Assembly (NCBI GenBank): GCA_043381765.1
Contig: JBHJMP010000839.1
Span: 1 to 52,573, forward strand
Source: Collodictyon triciliatum
Taxonomy: Eukaryota
Reading direction: 5' to 3'
DNA length: 52,573 nucleotides
Below are positions 38,096 to 48,420 of the stretch, one piece after another. How positions within the stretch are numbered: the stretch's first letter is position 1; every line of letters begins with the position of its first letter. Both the position numbers and the translations under genes were made by a program. The notes under the pieces are model-generated. The model searched no databases. It was given only the letters and a program-made list of their open reading frames with translations, and was not told the origin of the DNA.

Positions 38096-39362
38096 ATGGC
38101 AGTGGACACAAATGGGTACATCGTCCCTCGTAAGTCCCATACTTTTTTTTTTTTAAAAAAAAAAAACAAAACACGCAGAAGCTTCTATATGATGATTTTT
38201 TTTGTTGGGAATAATAAGCCTTACTGACACTGAATTTGTGTACTCACTGCGCACACCAACAGCACAAAAGAGCAGACCTGATGCGTTCGCAAGCAATGGG
38301 CGCAGCCATTTCTCAAACAGACGCAGCTACATAAGTCGTCTCAAATCGACTATGCACATATTCTCGCGTATCCTATCAGGTTCGACACTAGACAAACTCT
38401 CGGAACTTCGTCTAATGAGCAAATTGCTTGAGAGACTTGGAGCCAAAGTTTCCATCGTCCAGTCGCAACCAAGATCTGTATCCACCGTGCCTCATACTTT
38501 TTTGCAGGTATGTGAGGTCACCGATTGGCAAATTTGCATCCGTGCAAATGACATTTTTTCTTGATACCTCAATATGATGAAGCGGTTTCACCAAAATAAT
38601 GCCTTTACTTTCTTGCTCATCACATATGTTGTATCCGAAGAAAACTCTCGATGAAATATGGTTTCTATTTAACTAACAAAACAAAAGAGATAAAATGAAA
38701 ATATGACCTCTGATTTTTTTTTCCGTTTACCTAGCTGTCTGCCCCAAGTTGGTGTGGAGGAGCCCCTATCATTATCGACCCTGAGTTCCGCGCAATGCTC
38801 CGTATACCCCGTCCATCACAATTGTACCATCAGCTACTTGAGATAGTTCCTGCCATATTTGTCGGTGATTGGAAAGAATGTGCATCCATATTGCGCGACA
38901 TCATCCCAGAGATTGATGATTCCTTCACAGTAACATTTTCATATTCTCTCGAGAACAAAAGGCAACCGCGATAGAGTCCGCGGCTAGCTTAAACGCATAT
39001 GAATTGTTTTCCTGATACAAAATACTTGAAATGAAATCTATGTTTAATTATGAATATAGCAAGCTGGAATGCCTACACCACCATGGAGAACTCTCTCTGG
39101 ACTGTCTGCATACTGGGAATCACCAATCCCTTTGATCGGGTACGCATACTTATTTATTATTTTATTTTAAAAAAATTGTAAAACACACGCACGAACAAGA
39201 GATAACGTTGAATTACGGGTGGTGCCACAGGCAATCAAGTTTTAACGCCAAATCAAATGAAGTACATGAGAGACTTACGCATAATCATATTGTGATATCC
39301 TCACGATTCTTTTTCATCTAAACGGTAGTACAAGGCCTCCAGAACACCACATAAGCCCATAA
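38096..39362 (+). CDS. DUF506 / PDDEXK_6-like protein
   Basis: Spliced ...LMSKLLERLGAKVSI...HTFLQ|LSAP...IIIDPEFRAMLRIPRPSQLYHQLLEIVPAIFVG...DSFT|QAGMPTPPWRTLSGLSAYW matches the recalled DUF506 pattern (H.YIDV, IVDxDFRxxFxIARP..Y..LPxxFVG, GMxxPPWR, terminal W). Start may be upstream at ATG 37537; the last exon (39329-39362) is tentative. Confidence 0.8.
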
Positions 39363-39832
39363 AACCCATGAGATAATTACAAACCATCGTAAACCCTCAT
39401 TAGGGATTCCACAGAGAATGATCCATGGTTTGACCGCGCAGTCCATCTGATTGCAGCAGATATTGTCCCGGAGCTCTCCCAACTCTGTCGCCTTGATGAG
39501 CCCATCGAATAGAAACCAGCATCCGGCGCCAGCTGCGGCGTTTCGCACTGGGAGGATCCCCAAGGAGCGAGCGCCTTTAACTTGTCCTGAACAAATCGCA
39601 ATATTTGTCCCTCTACATACCATCCGCTCTGTTGCGTCTGCGCATTCGTCGCTGGCGACCAAAGCCCCATAGACATGAATAAAAAAAGAAAATAAAGAAA
39701 AAAAGAATGCTAAAAATATAGTAATCTGGCTCTTGAGGTTGACATGGTTCTGGGCGTGTAGTTTCTTTTAGCAAAGACAATTCAAGGTCTCTTCTTACCA
39801 ATAGCCACCGATCGTTGATCAACACAACATAG

Positions 39833-42591
39833 ATGGAAGGTCGCTGGGAAGGAAGAGAAGGAAGAGACAATAGAGACAGCAGAGACAGCAGAGATAGCAG
39901 AGATAGCAGAGGCAACAGAGAAGGAAGAGAAAGCAGAGAAAGCAGAGAAAGCAGAGAAAGCAGAGAAAGCAGAGAAAGCAGAGAAAGCAGAGAAAGCAGA
40001 GAAAGCAGAGAAAGCAGAGAAAGCAGAGACAACAGAGACAACAGAGACAACAGAGACAACAGAGACAACAGAGACAACAGAGACAACAGCCGCGTGAGGC
40101 CATCGAATGGTCACGGAGGTTTCGGAATGATGTTCTCAAGCCAGCGGCTGAATAGCAGCGTCCCAAAGTTAACGACGATTGAAAGGAGCGATGTTGGAGA
40201 AGGAATAGGCGCAGGCACGTACAGGTTTTTGGATTTATTTCATTCTTTTCTTGTTGTTTATTTTCTCTAACTTAACCATGATGAGGGAGTTGGTAAGAGG
40301 ATCAAAGAATGTATTCACATGAAAGAGATTTCACTATCGGTGTATTTAAGGGAAAGTCACAGCGGACACTGATTCTAAGCCTTTGTATTGAATGAATTGA
40401 ATCGTAATGAAAGAGAAGAATTACTTTAGGCTGATGTAATATAACGTCTCTCTTCTTTTTTTTTTTGGGAAACATTTGCTTCATTTTTAAGACTAAATCA
40501 TCATTTTTCGATTACATAGCCATGTGTTCAGGTGCAAGACAGAGCGTTTTCATGGAGATGTCGTAATGAAAAAGATAGAAATAGCGACAGATAAGAACGG
40601 GGTATAAATAATTTGATGATTTCATTAATTGCATTCACTACGCGAAAGTGAGTTACAAGAGTTCTGATATTAATGGGCCAATTGAATCGAATGAATGAAA
40701 AATACTCAATTTTCAGCCAAATATTTATTGATAAACAGAAAAGTCACTTGACTACACAACAATTTGAAAATAAAACAAAGAAAAAGTGAAACAGTTCATT
40801 TAAGTATATATCATGAACATTATATACTCAATTAAATATTATGAAAGGTGTTTCCATGGGCTCTCAGAGAAGTATCCGTTTTGTCTCGGCTAAAACATCC
40901 AAATATTATCCGCCTTGTAGATGTAGCCAATGCTGGTGACGAAAAAGGTAATTTATCTGTAGATGAGTCGTCTAAAATTTATGTCTGATGGGAAACATAT
41001 TATAAGCTTATTAGTGTTAATGAGAGATGTATTGTCCAAATGATAATTTTGTATACATGCTTACTGCAGCTATGTCATTCCATCGAAAGATAGAATAGTT
41101 AATCGATATTTCAATTCATGATTCCCTGAACTTAAAGACCCAAAGAAGATATGGCTGGTATTTGAATCGATGGACTACAATCTTGGTGATCTCATTACTG
41201 AGTCGTCCTTTACAAAATTCGACCATATAAAATGCATAACGAAGCAAATATTGGAGGGCATAGAGTATTGCCATTCACAAGGATTCATGCACAGGGATAT
41301 TAAACGTAATTTCTCAATGTGTTCGATTACTCATTGTTTGTGCTTAAATGTCATACCTCTGTAGCTTGCACCTAATTTGAGCTAATCAAGCACATTTATT
41401 TGCTTTTCTCCACATGCTCAAACTCATCGACCAAAGCTGCAAATATTTTAATGAACACTTATGGGAATGTGAAGATTTCTGATTTTGGACTGGCCTGCTC
41501 TGTAAACGAATTCAAGCAGGAGCACACAACCATGGTTGTCACCCGATGGTACAGAGCACCCGAATTAGTCTTAGGAATAAGGAAATATAGTGTCGGAATC
41601 GATATATGGTCCATAGGGTGATTTTAATTCATCATTTTATTATTTTCTGTCAATTTTTGTGGCATGCAAAATTTTCTGAATGATTTTCACAAACATGAAT
41701 ATTATCCAGTTATTTGAATCGCCTGGTCAGTATACCAAGTTGAGTTTTAATTTTACACGGACGCAGATGTGTCATGGCTGAGATGATTATGAAAGCACCT
41801 CTCTTCAAAGGGGTTAGCGACGCTGATCAATTGGGTGTTATTCTGAAGGTCTGTGGCCTACCCGAAGACACCTTTAAAATTTCTGCGGCTGGGCCGTCAA
41901 GTATTTTTACTCAAGATAGAAAATCAAGAGTTCAGGAATCCATCCAAAGAGAGTAAAGTTCAATTTAAATACCGACAACAACAAAAAAAAATTATTTTTT
42001 TTATTGAAGATATCAGACATTCTGAATTTTGACTTTCTCATATACTTACACCTTTTTAATACAGTCCATTAAAGGATTCATATACATGCAAAGAAGTTTA
42101 TTAACTGCACAGTATTTCATCTTGTAGATCAAAGATCGATGACGGTCAATCTCCTGATTATGAATTATTGGACGGACTTCTTCAGATTGATCCGTCAGCT
42201 CGTATAACAGCGAGGCAAGCACTACAGCACCCAGCACTCGCTGCAATATCTCAAGAGACTATGGAATACATCAAGAGATGGTATTTATTCATCAATCCTT
42301 TTACATGGTCTGTGAAAGTGGTGAAGTATCCAGGGCAGCATACTTTTTATGCCCATAATGATAACAACGACGCGCACGTTTAGTCTTCCTACATGCTCCA
42401 TGTCACCAGAGTATGTCTCCCGAAGATTCGAAAGACAGAGCGAGTTGGCCCTTAAAGGTCAGGAAGGTCGTCAGGCAGTTGCTCATGGACCAAGTGGAAC
42501 ACAGGTGAGCCAGAGAAATGCAGGAATCCCAGCATCCCAGCGGCAAAGCCTACCAAAAGAAGAATCCAAACCGAAACGATTTTGTTCATAA
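39833..42591 (+). CDS. Divergent CDK-family Ser/Thr kinase (paralog A) with N-terminal R-E/D-S/N repeats
   Basis: 8 exons: IGAGTYS|HVF...VVMKK...NG|VFPWALRE...LKHPNII...|...LVFESMD...MHRDIK|PANIL...SDFGLAC...[18 protein letters not shown]...DIWSIG|CVMAE...LLQIDPSARITARQALQHP; TAA ends at 42591. Confidence 0.9.
39926..40087 (+). repeat. Coding 9-nt tandem repeats (AGAGAAAGC)11(AGAGACAAC)7 encoding (RES)11(RDN)7
   Basis: Perfect arrays in frame between ATG 39833 and the kinase Gly-loop, preceded by degenerate REG/RDN/RDS units. Confidence 0.95.
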
Positions 42592-42936
42592 AACAAAGCA
42601 AAGCAAAGCAAAGCCAAGCCCAGCGACATCCCTCGCCTCATACAATTCACATAGCGTCACAGAAGCTGACTAAAACACAACCACAAGACAACAGCCCCAG
42701 CTGCGGCGGAGCTAGCATTAAAACTCACGGGCTACGTATTGATAGCAACTAAATCCTGCCGCATGGAGCTTCACCATACCTCGTAATCATAGTCTATGAT
42801 TGCTTCGTATAATTTCCACAAACAGAATGCCTGCAGCACAACAGGTTCGCATCAGAAGGATTCTTGAAAATCACGGCCACCACACACAGTCATCTCCCTC
42901 TTCAGAGACATTGCGGTGGACAACGTGCATGGCCTC

Positions 42937-43081
42937 CTTTTCTTTTCTTTTCTTTTCTTTTCTTTTTTCCTTTTCTTTTTTTCTTTTTTTCTTTTTTTCT
43001 TTTCTTCTTTTCTTTTCTTTTTTTCTTTTTTTCTTTTCTTCTTTTCTTTTCTTTTTTTTCTTTTTTTCTTTTTTTCTTTTT
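42937..43081 (+). repeat. T/C low-complexity tract, probably the pyrimidine tract of a 5' UTR intron of CDK paralog B
   Basis: About 145 nt of T and C only, followed by ttgttattag; possible donor GTGCAT near 42925. Confidence 0.8.
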
Positions 43082-43256
43082 TGTTATTAGGCTGCTTGTT
43101 CACAGCGTCAGGAAGAAACGCAGGGTTTCAATAATCCATCCATCTCTTTGAACGTGTGAATAAACTGCCGCTGCCACTCTAATTGTTATTTTGCTTGCCC
43201 CTGTGTCCTCTACTCAATCGGCTTTGGTTCGTGCGGCCAGTTTTGCTCAGTATACC

Positions 43257-46247
43257 ATGGACCAGATCCAGCGAACCGGCGAAGCTTCTTCTCGCACAAC
43301 ACTCAACACGTTTCCGGAGCCCGGCCTTTTTTCAGACTATGAGATCACTGAGAATCTGGGCATCGGGGCGTATGGGTACGCTTTCTTTCCAAGGCTCACT
43401 CGAGCGAAATACACTCCCTTGTTTTTTTCTTCTTTCTTCTGTCCGTGCACAATCGTTGAAAATCTTCAGTGGCCCGATCATTCAGGCAAAAAANNNNNNN
43501 NNNNNNNNNNNNNNNNNNNNNNNNNNNNNNNNNNNNNNNNNNNNNNNNNNNNNNNNNNNNNNNNNNNNNNNNNNNNNNNNNNNNNNNNNNNNNNNNNNNN
43601 NNNNNNNNNNNNNNNNNNNNNNNNNNNNNNNNNNNNNNNNNNNNNNNNNNNNNNNNNNNNNNNNNNNNNNNNNNNNNNNNNNNNNNNNNNNNNTTTTTTT
43701 TTTTACTTCATATGCTTTCCGAACCAGTTCATTTTTTAAGTGGCATATCTTGCATCAATAATGTTCATAGTCATGTCTATCGATCAATCCATAAAGCGAC
43801 GAGAGAAGTTGTGGCCTTGAAGAAGTTCAAAATGCAGAACGAAACTGAAGGGGTATTTACTACATAATATTTTTTTTTAATGAATTCATTTAAATACAAA
43901 AAATGAAACACACTAGAGGGAAATTAACTAAACAAAACTAAACTAAGGTAGTTACCATATGTATTCCCAATTTTTTCTGTAAGCTTAATATTTAGCTGAG
44001 TGTATGACATTCCTTAACATATTCATACGTTCTTGTGAACATACTTTTGATGGGTTAATTAAACATCGGATTCTTGTATTGCTTTAAAGTGCCACTCCAC
44101 TCCATCTAAAAAACCGACAAATACAAAAGAATATATGATTATTGGAATCATGAGAATATATATGTATTCATATTAATTTTTCTCACATAGCTTTCAACTT
44201 ACTCTCGAACTCGAAAGGTTAAATTGACATAACTATTAAATAGTTCCCTATATGTGCAATTCGGGAAATTATGCTTTTATCGAAGCTGGACCACCCAAAC
44301 ATAGTGAAGCTTAGAGAAGTGGTCACATCCCCTCGTAATTATTATTATTCTTTATGATTATGCATTGTGTGCATTGTAGTCAAATGATAATTATCTGTGG
44401 CAAGTCCTCGCAGTTCCAAATTATTGCGTGCGTTGTACAGCCATATACTAATCGAATGTCTAACAACATAGCGAACGACTACAACCGCCAATTGGGCGAT
44501 GTTTTCTTGGTATTTGAATACATGGAACACAACCTAGGAAGTCTAATAGAGGAAAAGAAAGTTCGAAACTTTACTTATGGGCAAGTAAAAGGATACATGA
44601 AACAGATTTTTACTGGTCTTTTCTTTTGTCACACGAACAAAGTGCTTCATAGAGACATCAAACGTAATTCATACACTTTATAAACTTGCGAGCTATTTCA
44701 GTATATTATGATAAATGTATACTTTTTTTTTAGCAAGCGAATTTAAATTCACCAAAGTTTATGTGCTCTACGTAGATGCCCATGGCTTATTTATATTCAT
44801 CGATTTCCATAGCCACAAATATCCTCCTAAACCGAAAAGGAATGGTAAAAATAGCTGATTTTGGCCTTTCCAGAGCATACGCTGATGCAAACAGAGAGTA
44901 TACAACTTGCGTTGTGACTAGATGGTACAGAGCTCCTGAGCTCCTGTTTCAGATCAAGAAATATTCAACTGCTATTGACATATGGTCAGTCGGGTAAGTT
45001 TATCAGATATCTTATATTCATCTTATAAAACTATCACTACCATAGAAAGCCTATTTTTTTTCTCCTTCTTTACTTGCGTTCTGATGGAGGAGTTGTCTCC
45101 GCTTTCCTTCATTATTGTGGGGTCTAGATGCCTGTTAGCAGAGCTTATCACGGGCGTACCAATCTTTCCGGGACCCTCGGATAAAGATCAGTTGGAAACA
45201 ATCTTCCGTACATGCGGTTCACCAAACTCAAAGAATTGGTCAAGTCTGATGACCATGCCAGAGTATGAGAAGCACCAAGCCTCGTTCTCCAAGACACATC
45301 GAAACAATCTTCAGAAAAACGTTACTGCAAAGTGGGTCATTTTGATAGGGCTTCAACACTCTTCCCTCTTATTCCTTTTCATGTGCTTGTTTGTATGTTT
45401 CATTTACTTAACGTCAACCCAACAGGGCTGAGCTTCCAAATGTCGATCAGCACGCGTATGACCTACTAGAGAAGTTGCTTGCTCTTGACCCAGCACAAAG
45501 ATTATCTGCGACCACTGCGCTAGATGCAGAGTTCTTTTGGACAGACCCGATGCCCTTGGACCCAGCAGAGTAAGAACTCCTCTCACAGGCATCCTCGGGC
45601 TTATTTGTTTCTGTCCGTTCATGGATATCACACAAGCCCATACATTATTTACACAACCACATCTTTAACAACCATCTTATGTACTTTCTTTCACACACCT
45701 CATTCATGCGCATAGGCTTCCGATATACGCTTGCGATAGTACCCTGATTCAAAAGCGCTTCTCATCGCAAAAGGAGAGAACTGAGCACAAAGCTCCACCA
45801 AAACAAGCTAACCAACCCGGCCCCACAGCCACACACGGACATGGACATGGACATGGACATGGGCACGGAAATGCACCTCCACCTCCACAGGCTTGTGCAC
45901 AAAAGCCTCAACACAGCTCACGAGGATATCCACCTCATTTGCCTCCAAACGCACCGCACGAGGTCAATCACCATCCCCACATGCAGCCCAGCCATGGGCA
46001 TCACCAAGGGCAACCTAGACCCCCTCCAATTCCTTCACAGCCTGTTTTGCACACAAATCCTCAGTTCCAATCCCAGTCGCAATCGCAGTCCCAACACCAG
46101 CGACACAGTGGAGGCAGACCTCATACCTCCTCGATTCATCCATCGCAAAGTCATCACGGAGGTCACCATCACAGCCAACAAGGCCAGTCATCCCGTCCCG
46201 ATTCTGATCAAAAGAGGTTCAGACATTCTGAGCAGAGACCGTCATGA
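43257..46247 (+). CDS. CDKC: CDK9/CDKC-type (PITAIRE-like) cyclin-dependent kinase (paralog B) with His/Gln/Pro-rich tail
   Basis: 8 exons: LGIGAYG|HVY...[24 protein letters not shown]...[14 protein letters not shown]|...[11 protein letters not shown]...QVKGYMKQ...LHRDIK|PTNILLN...ADFGLSR...[16 protein letters not shown]...DIWSVG|CLLAEL...LLALDPAQR...[23 protein letters not shown] ends at 46247. Confidence 0.9.
43494..43693. other. Assembly gap (intron 1 of CDK paralog B)
   Basis: Run of N. Confidence 1.
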
Positions 46248-48420
46248 GTTTGCATTCATACTCCCTCGAGTTGTTGAGACTTTACATCGTCGTCCCTCTT
46301 GTTCTTGTTTTACAAATAAACCATATCCATTCGTGGGTTTCATTGCAAATGAGGCGAATTTATCTGTGTCCTGGGTTTTGCTATCTTTCTAAATTATGGA
46401 GAGTGTCCATGTAGATTTCATGGTGCATAATCCGTAAATATCTCGCCATTCGATTCCGAAGCAAATCCACAAACATCCACCTAACCCCGTACATCACCAA
46501 GACTCTGACTAAGGGTTTCAATCAGGTGTGAATGTCTCTAGGTGCGTTGTTGGTGGCGAAGCATGGCTCTAGAGAAACCGTAAATTAGTGCTTACATTTA
46601 AAGGATGAATACATGCCGAACGGAAAGCAGTTGTGCGAACGTGTCATGTGAGTTGCCTATTTATTCGGCGTTTTCTCTTGCATTTGTGTAAGATGTGTGT
46701 GTTATTAAATTAACGAGGCGGGCTTGCACACACGAGACAAATTGTGTCGTATCCATTCATTCTGTGCGTAAGGATAAGAAACACCTCAAAACTGTCACAT
46801 TCTAAGTTCTCAGGGATGCGAATATAATTTTGTTAATTTAAGAATACTCATCAAGGGAATCTCATTTTCTCTTTGGTTCCATGGCGCACTCACAACGCCA
46901 CCCGTTCCCAAGTTGCAATGGTGTACTTGCGCGCTATCACACATATACAACCTCCAGTCATGGGCCCATTGGGCTTGGTTCTGCACTTTTAAATAGATTT
47001 TATTCCATACAGGTTATGTTGGTTGGGCCAGTCTCTTCATAGTAATTTACAGGACAGAAGGAATAAACCGACATCGCTTTCTGAATTATGTTCTGTTGAA
47101 TGCGTGGCTAGCCGTGTCTATACGAAGTGAGGGAGCGGACTAAGAGCTCTTTTTTTCTTTTTTTTTCTATCCTTTTTCAACAAAAATATGAACCTCATCT
47201 ATTTCACGGGCGATGGAACGAACAAGCCATGAAATATATCAAGTTGAAGTCGTAGAGTTTTCAAATTGCTTCCAGTAATTAACTTGCCTTGAGATAGCAC
47301 CATTTTTTTTCTTGACAGATTCGAATGTGGCATATTTGGGGAAATAGCGGCACGACCGCAGCCTGTGCATTACAAAGGATGTTGAAAGTAAAACATAGCC
47401 AAATCCAACCGACAAGAACTTGAGCACAGAAGAAAAACAAAGGGTCACCAAGGCTATCAAAATGTATGATAAATCGAAGGCTATGGACACATGGTCATAA
47501 TTTAATAACTTCAGAACCAAATAAAATATGTGAATTATTACAACAGGAATTCTTCACGGAGAACAAACGCGTGCAAATATTGCCAACTTACGACGCAATT
47601 GGTAAAGAAAAGAGAGAGGGTTCAAGTAATACCGAAATGGGGGTTTTCTGACAACGAAGAAAGATAAATAACTTCAAAGCCGAACGCCTGGAAGTTCTGA
47701 AAATGATGTGATACTCTTTATTTTTTTCGAGCCTTTTACTGGATAAGCTAAATCACATCCTTAATTGAGCCTATATGCGGTGTAACAGTCCTGGGAAAAA
47801 GGCCTCACCGAGAACATGTCCAAGAAAAAAGTATTGTTCTACAAATATTGGAGTTTCTCTTGTAGAAGAACTTGACGAACACACGCAGCGCAATCTTAGT
47901 ATTGCCATATTTAGGCAAGCGAAATGATTGATGAATCTACAACGAAGGTAGGATGCTACACGATTTGAATCAAATGAGAAAACAAAGTAGGACAGATGGC
48001 AGAATGCCACACAGCCGATTTCCTTCTGTAATACAATCAAAGAGGAATGCAAAGGATTGTGTGATTTTTGCAAATAGGTACCAGAATATATTTTACTTTT
48101 CATTAAATGTATTACCAACAATAAATTCCTCAACAACAGACACAAATTTAGCTTTTTTCAATTGTCCTTGAAGCACCATTCTTTATGTCCTCGTTTCATT
48201 TATTTTATCCAAGTCGAATAGTAAAGGAATGCAAAATCCTGTTTTAGATAAAAAAAAATACTCGCTGTCTTTCATTTTATGTAGTCCTCAATCCACCCAT
48301 ATTGAACACTACGAGAAAACCATGAGATATTTGCTTTCATAAAAAAATAAACCCACGATTTTTTTTCTTCCTTTATTCACAGCGCCCCGTCAAGGAATCG
48401 TCTAGAGAAAGAAAATAGAT

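Noticed and set aside
39408-39450. ACAGAGAATGATCCATGG resembling the U6 snRNA ACAGAGA box
   Set aside because: The following AGC triad and internal stem-loop, and the rest of U6, do not match.
39613-40166. Minus-strand ORFs with SLL, SAF/SVV and CFL/CCL repeats
   Set aside because: They are antisense readings of the 9-nt repeat; the plus frame runs into the kinase domain.
42800-43151. Phe-rich and Lys-rich ORFs, and similar poly-Ile/Tyr/Leu ORFs at 4690-5235 and 14771-14956
   Set aside because: These are translations of low-complexity or microsatellite DNA.
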